Source: a virus. From it: a DNA stretch of 64,000 nucleotides. The position numbers were made by a program, and so were the translations under genes. Positions 36,201-43,509 of this stretch are shown here, piece after piece. The first letter of the stretch is position 1. Each line of letters begins with the position of its first letter. The stretch covers positions 1 through 64,000 of IMG/VR virus record IMGVR_UViG_3300023184_000093; one strand, written 5' to 3'. The notes beneath the pieces are model-generated. The model was not told the DNA's origin. It saw only the letters and a list, made by a program, of their open reading frames with translations, and did no database searches.

Positions 36201-38048
36201 CTTACTACAACTAAAAATCCTTTTGGTGCAGCAGCAACTAGTTTGTTAACAGCAAATTTTGTTGATGAAAATATATCCATTGTTGATTCATCAGGAAATT
36301 CATTTGCTATTACTAATGTTGGTGGAGTTACTACTTCTACTGCATTAAATCCATTTGCAGCAGCATATGGATCGGCAACTGCATCTTATGAAGGATATTT
36401 AAATAGCGGTACAGGCTTTTTAGGATTCTTTGACGGAACAACTTACTCAACATCTACAACGGCATTAACTAGTGGTATATGGAGTCACGTTGCTTATACA
36501 TATGATGGTACCGCTATTCCACCTAGTGTTAATATCTACGTAAATGGCGTCCGTGTTCATCAAACTTCTACACTTTCAATTCAAGATAATCAGGAAACTT
36601 TATACATTGGTGGTGCTTCAGGTGTTATTGAACATTTTTATGGAAATATGAGTAATTTTAGAATAATTAAAGATTATTCATTATATCTTGGATCTTATTT
36701 TGGCGACATTCCTAAATCAATTTTAACCACAAATATTAATACTATTCCTTATCCAAATACATCTACTATTGCTAGCAGTGTATCATTATTAACATTACAA
36801 AGAGGTTCAATTAATGATAATTCAACCTATCAAAATACTGTGTCATTTGGTGGAACACCAACCACTGTATTAATCTCTCCATTTGGAAGTTCTACAATTA
36901 TAAGTACATATTTTAATAGTGGAACAAATTATTTGACTATATCTGCACAAAACGCTTTAAGTTTAGGTGTTGGTGATTTCACTGTAGAGGTATGGGTATA
37001 TCCAACAGCACCACAGAGTACACTAGCTGGATATTATTCGTCAATTCTTGATGCAAGAGCAAGTGTAGGAGGTATACCATGGATAGTTTCATTAATAACT
37101 ATTGCTGGTGGTGCTCTTAAAGCAATCTTTTATGATGGAACCCAACGTACAGCATCAACTACTGTGCCATTAGGAACTTGGACACATATAGCATGGACAA
37201 GAACAAATTCTATATTAAGAATATTTGTTAACGGTGTAGTAGATTATGTATTAACTAATCACACAATTAATCTATCTGCTGGTACAACTCAATATATAGG
37301 AAGACTGTATGATGGTAATCCTCATTGGTATCAAGGTTATATATCTAATTTAAGAGTAGTTAAAGGTACTTCATTATATACAGGAAACTTTGTTCCATCA
37401 CAAATACCTTTAACTTCAGTAGCAGGTACTTCAACTAATTTATTAACAAACTTTGTTGATACCAGAGCCTTTGATTATTCAGGTAATACAGTAATTAAAG
37501 CAAATACAAGTTCGGTGACTTTAGTAAATTCAGTGGCTAAAAATAATTTATATAGTATTGGATTTAATGGAAGTACTGATTTTATAACTGTTTCTAGCAG
37601 TACAGGATTTATTTACAACGCCAATGATTTTACTTGGGAACTGTGGGTATATCCTACAAGTCCAATTTGGGCTACCACCTCAACATACTTTATAGAACAT
37701 GGTATTAATGGTGGAAGTTTAAGATATGCCAACAATAAAGTTTTCTACTATAACATAAGTACGGCTACTTCTACCGCTAGTACCGTATTAAGTATTAGTT
37801 CATCTACATGGACACATATAGCAGTGGCTAGATCTAGTGGTCTTACATCCTTATTTGTCAATGGATCCTTTGTAGTTAACACTCCTGATTATTATAGTTA
37901 CAATACAGCAACAATTGTAACTATTGGAAATACCAGCACTGCTTCAAGAAACTATTTCCAAGGATATATAGAAGATTTACGTATTACTAAAGGTGTGGCA
38001 CGTTATTCATCAACTTTTGTACCACCTATAAAATTATCTAATAGATAA
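21216..38048 (+). CDS. Giant LamG/ConA-lectin repeat protein (5610 aa), probable receptor-binding fibre
   Basis: Single 16.8 kb ORF with an N-terminal Gly-rich domain. I count about 22 T.E.W-type LamG start motifs. Its N-terminus (DLG.I.RQR) is paralogous to 15881..21193. Confidence 0.85.
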   Translation: MPYDLGVIKRQRREPPVISTSTYGGNFVGFYSTGIGDNINYYAVHVFTSSGQFTKPSYVTTTTAQVLVVAGGGGGGLAGGISTSPGGGGGAGGVINSSTYSITATLTILIGAGGPAAGGDVDPAIGTGSASTVTNGVTILVASGGGRGGYNYSTGIDPQASGGAGGSGGGGSYAGFGLGGASTSTQGNIGGTGNAGYTGSPLYAGGGGGAGAVGGSANASASGQGGSGTITLITGSPIWLAGGGGGGANATGYNNGSYGGGGPGGTTSAVAGVAGTTNSGGGGGGGGGTTGAGGSGGSGIVIISYAIPANLYPINQSDPYFGNNSLLLNSLALLPAASLNKISSIISDLSLNQYAVTNNGSLTGKLNPFAPGPYHSLYFNGNNFISIATINAMPATTTDFTVEFWMYTVSSDNITNHWLIGTIVTNGFYVFHRNNYINIGQVGVITYTSPAVFSLNQWTHVAIVRASNIFYIYQNGTSVFTQSWNPTLVAGGVYIGGASSQNAFHTGYLSNVRVVSSVVYTGNFAIPTEPLSTVQNASSNNISVITAGTTLLTGRFATTSTSIVDYSTLTNSMVNFGVTPSSLNPFNNLNSYSVSFNNSSLSATKTNGWVSGNYTVEAWVYLNTVTNASNSMLIAGTYGYGNIIPYMFGWELTINNYLITLNFQSDTTGYNPIKIKTLATTAINTGGQLLTDISLYNAPLNISSNLSQSLESWIFPTNPFNNRYGSFANMAMYNSLYNFNYGPVSRPRMDTIPSFDGATRTFTLEAWIFMDPNLPVFNLAGPIIQGVDWAFGIGNNGTACKLQFVYRRWNSSSATRDFYPYLEGPNNKSMTSTASVPIGQWVHVAFVKNVNPIYPSFYINGVQEISNTGFYYTGGDYMNPDNTYAQVGGVGLLSYVTTGNIGTTGYLDMNAKLFAFISNVRLVQGVAVYTGNFTVPTDNLTITQSSGTNISAIVSNTATTLLTAVTTASITQQVFSTSTWYHVAFTKSSNIVSLYVNGVGYASLTLPDSNFQEKNILQIGKSYSPNNIFLGTFYGTPLYGNISNFRIVNGTVVYPGNFTVPNGPLQLTQVANAYGGTNTAAISNATSVTFLTAKYYSYVGLLLGFNDAGSNNLVVTPTGNPGQGTFSPFGNNWSMLFNGTTDHLSIPIANSSNSGTSFALAFNNNNWTIETWAYLTANAGTAYIAGQYNTSNYSPLGLYITGNKPAVGVSNAGTLWNINPTSPNVLSTGTWNHIAAVRNGGRYSLYVNGIEQIFAVSSVPTVDNSVNAGVLVATNTINSALNPFDQSIYNSLYFDGGSYLNLSANAGYNFGTGDFTIECWIYPLAYVVGSATASEIIDLWSNASGSFIVGQWQIQISAAGLIQFPYATGAAGAATLTSIAIITLNAWSHVAVVRSGSAVGNLKIYLNGAVVATSAGAVIQNIGSTGAGSIGKQTNVASIPYCYNGYISNVRIVKGQALYTASFVPPASSIGVVQVGVAGGGLATSTSTNTTQLLVGKFIDQRYFFDDYSLNNFTLTNNGGVSAATLYPPINSTSTFNSMYFNGTTQYLTIPNATAITLNTGDFTIEAWVYTTVLNGQNGIFGKRELLQYYGVIFRVLNSTNKLVMQIASDTGNTWAIDANLDFGLPALTINTWYHVALVRNGSSFRIYQNGVGGTIYTYAGLIAHNTAPGYIGKSDGSGGGQFWNGYISNFRIVKGVAVYTNNFTVPTGPLNNAQVANPYGGFNTQGINNNGTSILIAKSSSLINEGNVAVDYSIVPNYMTSAVRPTVNNFFPPIGSTSTYYNSLFFDGTQSLTLTAPQTSLSFGTTGEFTIEMWVYPTALALDGIAAGLIDARAGQSGSPWALDLTLSGGNMYLHMTVNTGGGPTGVTPIPLNNWTHIVFTKQNGAIKYYVNGALDISSTSNANTSPLDAGSATQVIGRNNESGRFFKGYISNLRIVKGLAVYTGPFTIPTRPLTITQTANPYGGSNVQAISTGTYTSLLTILPVNVSNIVDYSTNTSVITIGSGTVSLSTLDPFIASTYNLHSVYFNGNSSLSLTSSRLALGSLLFNGTSQTLTFSAQTALSFGTGDLTIEMWVYPTSLAPDGIYAGLIDARSGSGNTSWNVGLFVSAGNMYAYMQIIGATGNPSGTTIIPLNAWTHIAWTRQSSTFKIFVNGVVDYTASETRAIDAGGTSQTIGRHNEAGRYYRGYISTLRIVKGTAVYTSSFNPLLQVIGNIVNTSLLLLVTSDANKIIDSSSTPVTLTNNGAVSFSSVTVPPAPQYWLYSDHTVESWVYLNSSTITTNNITSNMLIAGTYDGATTTGWEWTINPYVMTLNYRNSGVVISFGTSQLPILSQVIADRGGIGLSPTNTAVTLSPASPLSDGYGSLYFNGTNAQITNPKNSGFDYGSGSFTIESWVYYLGTVASTTIIGHQAGPTPGRSWMFTMLIAGHLYFDWSSNGSYGTPGSFVSSSTAPLNQWNHVAFVRNGTIYTFYINGVAAGSGSMTAGIAFPNSGSLAIGYTANETTSGQSFFKGYISNLRVVKGLAVYTGNFTPTGRLTSTQVAGTNIQAILTASYTSILLAANPAVSSQTFALNTWHHVVFTRQGTTSTMYINGVQTTSTVISGYTDQYTLRLGYIGFTSPTSSYLTGYLSNFRIVNGVAVYTGTNFLPPTGVLTLQQPANPFGGTNTNAITDTNNIRISTLAFSGVTITPYNTNSNMLIGRAGSGITSVFPGYLSNFRIVNGTAVYTGNFTAPRAPLSLLKNTSLLIAASSWYVDKSPYNFQISTGTVSSVPAITKFTPYKIPGEYNRSIVGGSIYFNTTTAAGQNLSLGSPSSLALGSGNYTVECWIYINAYNTLNSVIIDWRTNAGTTAGVPVLYLLANGTIQWQNTGGTGLLTSAVTSPISDRIILNTWNHIAMVRYNSMLYMYINGVVVANVADSTALTIQTLFINSPITASNQTLFGYVSNVRILAGTALYVPSIVVPTTTLTVLPDTALLALKTNATLIKDNSQNNFFIADSTSTTIQRVFTPFGGSGSAFFGNRNTFLTISSSTNSAFALGTNDFTLEAWVYQTERNIYFGSLIVGALTYNVSLLSSDWHWIIDPSGYLNFQSGYPAVYSATSNVKVPLNVWTHVSFVRNFGSPSFYINGKSAGGSLSNSTRNSAAGSLWWDNDVDLYKNTSVYISTSTVSMYDNYTSDEWSFLHNGQQDYTIDLWVYSSSLWGGYAWDDPLINPSSTSIINTGHLSTPIGLYITDFGAVNLATNFAPYYMFTVPPGQAPNDLAGTWGTKISGSLWYGISNATEYIGVYAGAGSIQPNIWNHIAVTFKSSTKEIKLFINGKNQSVTVHRMLTNGATASGSFSYPTGPSKYTLGVGGAPFSGYMTNIRITKSIVYTTDYTIVIPTPNITNAITLLLVNSNANKFLDSSDGNRPLRFDTTANPIIYSPTFSNNVPSIVVNAVGSTLSLNFNGSSYLTVPSNPIFAFGTGDFTVECWWYQSVANTDRGFLSSIAATTGTPAVGIQLAGNGAFTGLNTGGSFDTFSWTLPLSQWNHVAFVRINGIAYAYVNGVLASSGPTTLGNNLVGSGFVIGCSYTNNFSFLAVGYISNVRVVKGLGVYNNNFIKPTSTLTNITNTVLLLNVNSSGNYLKDDSTTNFSPITITGNVTYNASTPFSSGGSLAFDQGGAASRLTLPSSTAFNLTGNFTLEAWIYPTYLLSGGNGIFDARVTGASALPWAWYVDGPTKALAFFNGTYYIGTTPITTSTWTHIAATRSGSNFRMYVNGILDYTASITGAISPGSTSAVVGIKDDNLINYKPINYITNLRIVNGTALYTGTFTVPTLELQTTQQGTGTYISAIFTASYVSLLTAQHYAIADISVFNNSITNNNAVSVSNTVKPALTFDLANANFINTQNINIGGHENTTATAFRGYMSNLHVVKGQAKYGNAFKTPTTDFTTLTNSVLLTMLSTDTRFVDYSANAFTITNTSTSLQGFSPFDVNYSTYFNGTSYISIGDSLPLNLSSSTNWTIETWVNPLGNYSVNNSILFAKRNASAGAPLYNSLYFNGTSNLTVTSSNSPGFVGAGEDTIECWVNFSSFTLGSRHVIFQIYNGNSTYNGTSLTYRPTDGNTGTFIASIGNSSGINSQEIYSNTVIVVTNKWYHVALQANNQGVYATQIVHSLYLNGTPIILYDSFVSIQPPSDFYNPDRSADIVLSIGAALSTYAGTVNLIGYISNFRIVNGIALYNSLVDRLNDSVYPIKTVNNVPETGHLTYTGKVNIPLLPFGTTQLANPSGGINTRALSTSSYTTLLVGRFTGGLDSIVDYSDYNLSIVNNSVVVSTLANNQVGSLYFNGSSYLTAPVGASTFGTGDFTVECWFYKTAALNSTLLSNVPSGVDINYWALSTYADGHCQFTIRDASQIFVTGSIITAINTWVHLAVTRTSGLVKLFVNGVLDNSGTITKTVTARITVIGAFLYTGYLSYFQGYMSNVRIVTGAAVYTTAFIKPYAPLSNTQTSNTSGLPSIAIPSLNYSASFDGSTQYLYVPTTTDMVLGTGDFTIELWVYLNAAPASGKVFLMLDFRPALTPSTAAGYINFYVSPSLQIGANLAAFSYGGGTALALSTWYHVALVRRNSNSNIYINGSAIGGGITDTNNYLGATNRPVIGTDSNSVLAAGYSLNGYISNLRIVKGISAYAGNFTKPTSSLTLSQVPSGNILRIPASLNTLTYKIFSITGNTGNNATNGYIKLGNGNIYFNLYDIWSAECWFYSPTGSSFGQIMGTRSSLNAGYAAFLFAEVNNVLQFYSSSNASSWDLFNTPVNTVATITPNTWHHIAVSRTTTTMYVYYDGTVSLTRDLTGIGFSGSQHNIYMGAGDYLNQGSDSWTGYIADFRFVTGETPYTGTNFTPPSIPLEATQEKSGQIGPIVFTTSTRFLVGGTLPTPGYSLGLGALTIADRSYYQNPEVTRWPSFFPGSVGTSVAGILGGTTPGFPTLTPNYTTLLTLQSPIVANTSNNNVSIVNIGTVLTTTKNPFGAAATSLLTANFVDENISIVDSSGNSFAITNVGGVTTSTALNPFAAAYGSATASYEGYLNSGTGFLGFFDGTTYSTSTTALTSGIWSHVAYTYDGTAIPPSVNIYVNGVRVHQTSTLSIQDNQETLYIGGASGVIEHFYGNMSNFRIIKDYSLYLGSYFGDIPKSILTTNINTIPYPNTSTIASSVSLLTLQRGSINDNSTYQNTVSFGGTPTTVLISPFGSSTIISTYFNSGTNYLTISAQNALSLGVGDFTVEVWVYPTAPQSTLAGYYSSILDARASVGGIPWIVSLITIAGGALKAIFYDGTQRTASTTVPLGTWTHIAWTRTNSILRIFVNGVVDYVLTNHTINLSAGTTQYIGRLYDGNPHWYQGYISNLRVVKGTSLYTGNFVPSQIPLTSVAGTSTNLLTNFVDTRAFDYSGNTVIKANTSSVTLVNSVAKNNLYSIGFNGSTDFITVSSSTGFIYNANDFTWELWVYPTSPIWATTSTYFIEHGINGGSLRYANNKVFYYNISTATSTASTVLSISSSTWTHIAVARSSGLTSLFVNGSFVVNTPDYYSYNTATIVTIGNTSTASRNYFQGYIEDLRITKGVARYSSTFVPPIKLSNR

Positions 38049-38069
38049 TTATACCGAATAAATATATAT

Positions 38070-38906
38070 ATGACAGCTATTAATTTTCCAACAACATCAA
38101 CTAACGGTACGGTTTTCTCATTTGGTGAAAGAACCTGGACTTGGGTGGGTAACGAAACTGGATTTTGGAAAGCCACAAGTACAACATTAGGTTATACAGG
38201 TAGTACAGGATACACAGGTAGTAGGGGTGTTCCTGGTCCTAGCGGATCTGCTACTAATCCTTGGTTTAGTACATCAACTAATTATACAGCAATAGATGGT
38301 GATAGAATCATATTGAATAACACTTATGAAGCGTTTAGTATAACATTACCTGCAATTGCCAGCATCGGTACATATATACAAATGACAGATGGTAATGATC
38401 TAAGTAATGGAAATCCAGTTACTGTACTAAGAAATGGTAATACTATAGAAGGTGCCGCTAACGATATAAGTTTAGATCTTAAAGGTAGTACATTTGAATT
38501 TGTATACAATGGTTCAACCTGGCAGGTTACTGCTACGGGTGGTCCAAAGGGTGCAATTGGATACACTGGCAGTGTTGGTGCTAATACTATCACACTACAA
38601 CAACCAGGAAATTTAGTAACGTTTGTCGGAACGGCTCGATGGTATGCTCCATTTGCTTGTAATGTAACATCTGTAAAACCCAGGGTTAGAATTGCACCTG
38701 ATGCTGTTGTTAGTATAAATTTATGTAAAAATGGATTCGCTATATCAAATATAAACATATCAACAGGGCAAACATCAGGTACAGCTGACACAACTGGTTA
38801 TGTACTAGCCTCAGGTGATTATTTAACTGTTAATGTTTTATCGGTAGGATCAACATCGTATCCGGGTGTTGATTTGTATGTACAATTACAATACCAACCG
38901 ATTTAA
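38070..38906 (+). CDS. Tail fibre/baseplate-type structural protein
   Basis: MTAINFP.....G..F start, short GYTGS tracts and an FSITLPA....G..I...D...NPVTV.RNG.TIEG module as in T4-like baseplate/fibre proteins. Confidence 0.65.
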   Translation: MTAINFPTTSTNGTVFSFGERTWTWVGNETGFWKATSTTLGYTGSTGYTGSRGVPGPSGSATNPWFSTSTNYTAIDGDRIILNNTYEAFSITLPAIASIGTYIQMTDGNDLSNGNPVTVLRNGNTIEGAANDISLDLKGSTFEFVYNGSTWQVTATGGPKGAIGYTGSVGANTITLQQPGNLVTFVGTARWYAPFACNVTSVKPRVRIAPDAVVSINLCKNGFAISNINISTGQTSGTADTTGYVLASGDYLTVNVLSVGSTSYPGVDLYVQLQYQPI

Positions 38907-38975
38907 TATTAAACTGGATTTTAGGCATAAATACAATAAAATTGCAGCATTGTCTGCGTATATAACGGAAAAATT

Positions 38976-41204
38976 ATGACAATTACAACCTCATCATACA
39001 CTACAAATAGTCTGAGAATTAATATCAGCAATGAAACATCATCAACAAACATTGTTCCTGCTATTCAACTAGGAATGATCAAAGGAGGATGGACACTCTA
39101 TGATATTACTACAGCTAGTATAACACCTGGAGCATTATATAGTCCTATTACAACTTTAGTTTATAGTGCTCCTAATGCAGATGGTGTGACAACCAAATAT
39201 ATAATCATACGTATTGATACTGTTAAATTAGTTATATACACATCAACCTGTGAATCATGGAATGCATCTACTCACGTTCCTACTAATGAAACGTGGACTG
39301 GAGGAGGGGTATTCCAACAAGGATATGATATTAAAGATAGTATTATCCTAGTATCTGCCACTCCACGTCATTGTGTAATTTGGACATTTATCAAGAGTGA
39401 ACCCGGTATATGGTCTGGTGTATTTGAATTTGAACGTGTGGCAAGTGAAGATGTTACCTCGGGTACTCCAGTACCTAATTGGGCATGGACAAATAGTTTG
39501 ATACTTGGTACTCCTTATGGACAACCTGATAATAATAGTGCTAGTCCTATTATGTTTGCTTTCCCAAGAACTGCGGACGGTGCTACTGGTGCTAGAGCAG
39601 CTCAGATTTATGCACCTGTGACTAATAGAGGAATGTATCCACCTAGTTACCCAACTGCTTCTCTAACTGTTGCCAATGATGTAAATCGTTTACATTTAGG
39701 TTCTTATGCTAACTCTTTGAGTTCTGGTACTGTGGTATATGGTTGGGATACACTTAAAACAGTAGTAAGTCCTATATCTGCAGATGCTATTACTAAGTTT
39801 ATGCCATTGGGTAGAGCTTATGATGTAGGCATTACTAAACCAATAGGTGGTGCATTAGACACTGTATTTGTTAATCTTGATAGCACAGGTGGGTGGCCGA
39901 ATGCATCAGGTCCAAGTACAGAATCTTTATTATTACCGTTAAATGGTGGATCTGAACAATCATGGACAGCAGTATATACCACTGGTACTACTAATTTCTA
40001 TGCATCTTTGCCTGCCGCTACTACTGCAACTAAAGTTCTTTCTATAGGTAATAATATATGGGTAAGTACAAATCAAGGAATTTATACATTTGATCAATCA
40101 TTAGGACAAGGTGCACCTATGACATTAAGGGTGCCTCATGCTACTAGTGGTGGTGTACTTGACATGGTATTTGATGGTGGTAGAGTTGTTTATGGTTCGT
40201 TAGCCACAGGAATTGTTGCAGTAGATACAGAAACGTTTACTACCTCTACAATTGCAACTATTACATCTGGTACATCTTATTTGAGTATTGATGGAAAATA
40301 TGTATATGGTGTGGCAAGAACAGCGTTATTTACTCATTTCTGTTTCTCCTTTAGCAGGGCTACTTTTTCAGCAGGTGTGTTTTCAAATTTTGTAACATCT
40401 GCTACATATATCACATCCAGTGCTACTTTTGCTGCCACTGGATTAGGCGTACCTGTTCCAGACTATCAAGGAAACGTATATGTTGCTAGTCAGGCAGGAA
40501 TAGCTACTGCTCAAAGTATGATAATAGGTAGATATAATGCTGACACCGGTGTAGGAACTTCAATTGTAAATCCTAAGTTTGCTGCATATTGGCCATCTGG
40601 TGTTACCATTGCACCATCAGATTCGCCCACTAGTTGGTATTTTGATTATACAGCAACTCCACCTAAACCATATCTTTTTGTCAGTGGTGCTTCTGCAACC
40701 AATGCACCTCTTGGTGGTGCAATCTATGAATTTACTGCAAATACTTTAACTACATCTTCATATTCTAACTGGACTGGAAATACTACCGGTGTAATTTGCA
40801 ATGCAAGTGCCGGTACAACAACACCAGGTGCCTATGATTATAGAGGTGATTTGAGTATAGTACCTGTAAGAGGTACGCTTATGGTTAGTCCTAAAAAAGT
40901 AGGAATACCTGCTGCAACTGGTTATACTGCTCGTATAATACCTAACCATCCGCAATCCAACAATTCTGCTGGTGCATTTTCACCAGGTCTATCATTATAC
41001 CTAACGGGACAATCCGCAGTGGGTATAATTACAAGTGCTATAGGATTTGGCGGTAGTATAAACACAAATGGAGTGAAATTATTCGGATCATATACTCAGA
41101 CTGGTGCCAGTGATAATCGTGTATATGTTGTATCTGGTTTACACAATGTTGCTTATACATCTGCCGGTTATGGTGGAATAGGTAAATTAATAGTCAAGGG
41201 ATAA
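38976..41204 (+). CDS. Virion structural protein, possible beta-propeller C-terminal half
   Basis: 742 aa Thr/Ser-rich ORF with upstream TAAATA (38928-38933). Confidence 0.55.
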   Translation: MTITTSSYTTNSLRINISNETSSTNIVPAIQLGMIKGGWTLYDITTASITPGALYSPITTLVYSAPNADGVTTKYIIIRIDTVKLVIYTSTCESWNASTHVPTNETWTGGGVFQQGYDIKDSIILVSATPRHCVIWTFIKSEPGIWSGVFEFERVASEDVTSGTPVPNWAWTNSLILGTPYGQPDNNSASPIMFAFPRTADGATGARAAQIYAPVTNRGMYPPSYPTASLTVANDVNRLHLGSYANSLSSGTVVYGWDTLKTVVSPISADAITKFMPLGRAYDVGITKPIGGALDTVFVNLDSTGGWPNASGPSTESLLLPLNGGSEQSWTAVYTTGTTNFYASLPAATTATKVLSIGNNIWVSTNQGIYTFDQSLGQGAPMTLRVPHATSGGVLDMVFDGGRVVYGSLATGIVAVDTETFTTSTIATITSGTSYLSIDGKYVYGVARTALFTHFCFSFSRATFSAGVFSNFVTSATYITSSATFAATGLGVPVPDYQGNVYVASQAGIATAQSMIIGRYNADTGVGTSIVNPKFAAYWPSGVTIAPSDSPTSWYFDYTATPPKPYLFVSGASATNAPLGGAIYEFTANTLTTSSYSNWTGNTTGVICNASAGTTTPGAYDYRGDLSIVPVRGTLMVSPKKVGIPAATGYTARIIPNHPQSNNSAGAFSPGLSLYLTGQSAVGIITSAIGFGGSINTNGVKLFGSYTQTGASDNRVYVVSGLHNVAYTSAGYGGIGKLIVKG

Positions 41205-41253
41205 TTTATTTGTGATATCCTTTTACCTCATTACATATAGTTAAGGATATCCA

Positions 41254-41940
41254 ATGGCTAATCGTTACTGGGTACTCGGCAGTGGAACATGGAACTTGAC
41301 CAATACTGTGAACTGGTCTTCTACATCTAGTTTTGCAGTAGGTGGTGCCACTGTTCCTACTCCTAATGACGATGTATATTTTGACATAGGTTCAAATGTT
41401 GGTACATCACCTTTTACAGTTACATTAGGAACAACAGCTACATGTGCAAGTCTTAATATAATTAGACTAGATGGGCAATTAACATTTAATCTAGGAACAT
41501 TGTATGCAAATACACTTACTATATATGGTAGTGTTAATATTGTTAATACAACATCTATATTTTACACTAGTGTGTCTCCTAGTTGGGGTCCCACAACATC
41601 GACTAATTTTACAGCAACTAATTTTATAAAACTTGGATTTACTGCTACTTCTATGGTAAGTATACCAATCGCTACCACAGTAGCTAAAATATCAGGATCT
41701 GCTAATTTAGGAGAAGTATTGGTATCTCCTATATTATCATCTGCATCAAGATTACCGTTAGGTTCTATCAATATAGGAGAATCACCATTAGTAATAAATG
41801 TAGCATCAACTAGTTTAAGTTTAGCATTTACTCCAAAATATTTCCCAACATTCCCTGATTTACCAATTACGGTAATAGAGAAATTTGGAATAACTTATTC
41901 TAACACAATAACACCAATACCTTATCAATTCTGGGGATAA
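41254..41940 (+). CDS. Tail-associated protein
   Basis: N-terminal RYWV.G.GTW....NWS.TS...GGA.VPT..DDVYFD motif of phage fibre/adhesin proteins; AAGGA SD. Confidence 0.6.
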   Translation: MANRYWVLGSGTWNLTNTVNWSSTSSFAVGGATVPTPNDDVYFDIGSNVGTSPFTVTLGTTATCASLNIIRLDGQLTFNLGTLYANTLTIYGSVNIVNTTSIFYTSVSPSWGPTTSTNFTATNFIKLGFTATSMVSIPIATTVAKISGSANLGEVLVSPILSSASRLPLGSINIGESPLVINVASTSLSLAFTPKYFPTFPDLPITVIEKFGITYSNTITPIPYQFWG

Positions 41941-41941
41941 T

Positions 41942-42220
41942 ATGGCAACAATAAGTATAAAAGATATTTTAGGATCAAACCTTGTAGGATATGTAGGTAG
42001 TCGTGGACCTGCGGGCGGCTATACTGGTAGTTTTGGATATACCGGTAGTCAGGGTGACCCAATGGGATGGACAGGTAGTAAGGGATATACAGGTAGTCGT
42101 GGACCTGCAGGCGGCTATACTGGTAGTAAAGGTGATCAAGGTGATCAAGGTTACATCGGATCATCCGGTGGTATATCAACAGGTAAAGCCATTGCTATGT
42201 CAATGATCTTCGGAGGATAA
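41942..42220 (+). CDS. Short collagen-like protein
   Basis: GYTGS triplets; C-terminal STGKAIAMSMIFGG. Confidence 0.7.
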   Translation: MATISIKDILGSNLVGYVGSRGPAGGYTGSFGYTGSQGDPMGWTGSKGYTGSRGPAGGYTGSKGDQGDQGYIGSSGGISTGKAIAMSMIFGG

Positions 42221-42221
42221 A

Positions 42222-42593
42222 ATGTCAGCACCAAATATTGTAAATGTATCGTCAATTATAGCAGGATATGTAGCTCAAGTACCTGCAAATATTATAGCAA
42301 ATGTATTGTTAAATAATTCACCAGGCAGTAATGCGGTTATAAAAGTAAATTCTTTAGTAATAACCAACGTAACAGATGGTGCAGTACCAACTACAGTATC
42401 TATCAATAATGCAGCCACTGGCTCTGGAACAAATTATAGAATAGCCTATAACATATATGTACCAGCCGGGGCCAGCTTGCAATTAGTAGATAAAGGAAAC
42501 TTTTTATATCTAACTGAAGATACAAGTATAATGATAACATCTGGTACAGCATCGGCATTAGAATATGTTGCTGTATATGAAACTATTAGCTAG
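42222..42593 (+). CDS. Small virion structural protein
   Basis: MSAPNIVNVSSI start and YE.IS end; GGAGG SD; same size class as 6113..6454. Confidence 0.65.
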   Translation: MSAPNIVNVSSIIAGYVAQVPANIIANVLLNNSPGSNAVIKVNSLVITNVTDGAVPTTVSINNAATGSGTNYRIAYNIYVPAGASLQLVDKGNFLYLTEDTSIMITSGTASALEYVAVYETIS

Positions 42594-42608
42594 TATATAA
42601 AATAGACC

Positions 42609-43505
42609 ATGTCTAAGTTTTATAAAAGACTTGTTCAACCGGGTCGACCAGATAGTCCTACAACAATTTCAGCTGGCGGATTTTGGACCATACGTGATCA
42701 ACGATTAGCCCGGGCTAGTGGAATATGGCCTGATGGTGTAATTCCTAATCTTAATTACCTTGTAGTTGGTGGAGGTGGTGCTGGTGGAGACTCGGTAAGT
42801 TTGCAGCGCGGCGGAGGTGGCGGGGCTGGTGGATTACTAAATGATACATTTACAGCATATAATGCTAACACATATACTATTACAATAGGTGCTGGTGGAA
42901 CTGCTGTTAATGATGGAAGTGGTAATAACGGTGGTAATTCAGTTCTATCTAATGGTAGTACTAACATCATCACTGCGTATGGCGGTGGTGGTGGCGGCTA
43001 CAGCCCCAATAATGGAAACAACGGAGCATCAGGTGGCGGCGGCGGAGAGGGAGGCAGCAGCGGCGGCGGCTATCATCTTGGTGGTAAAGGTGTGTATCCT
43101 GGATCAACTTATATAAATGCTCCAAGACAAGGTTATGATGGTGGTAATGCACAGAATAGCCCGTTTCAAGGTGGTGGTGGTGGTGGTGCTGGCGGACCAG
43201 GTGTAGGTTTGATTCGTGGTCCTGGATTATATATAAACATTGCAGACGGATCAACAATAGCAGGCACATTTGCTCAAGGAGCAGGCACCCTAGATGAGGT
43301 AATCACTGCAAATTCCGGTAACGGTGGACAAGGATCTCACTATAACTTTACTGGCGAAAATCATAATGGTCAAGATGGAGTGGTTATACTTTGGTGGTCT
43401 GCCTCTTACAACAAACCTAGTATCATTACAGGTACATATACCTATTCAAAACAGAATGGATACCATATATACAAATTCACCGGCAGCGGTTCAATAAAAT
43501 TCTAA
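42609..43505 (+). CDS. Glycine-rich tail-associated protein
   Basis: NYLVVGGGGAGG ... YHIYKFTGSGSIKF. Confidence 0.75.
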   Translation: MSKFYKRLVQPGRPDSPTTISAGGFWTIRDQRLARASGIWPDGVIPNLNYLVVGGGGAGGDSVSLQRGGGGGAGGLLNDTFTAYNANTYTITIGAGGTAVNDGSGNNGGNSVLSNGSTNIITAYGGGGGGYSPNNGNNGASGGGGGEGGSSGGGYHLGGKGVYPGSTYINAPRQGYDGGNAQNSPFQGGGGGGAGGPGVGLIRGPGLYINIADGSTIAGTFAQGAGTLDEVITANSGNGGQGSHYNFTGENHNGQDGVVILWWSASYNKPSIITGTYTYSKQNGYHIYKFTGSGSIKF

Positions 43506-43509
43506 TAAT

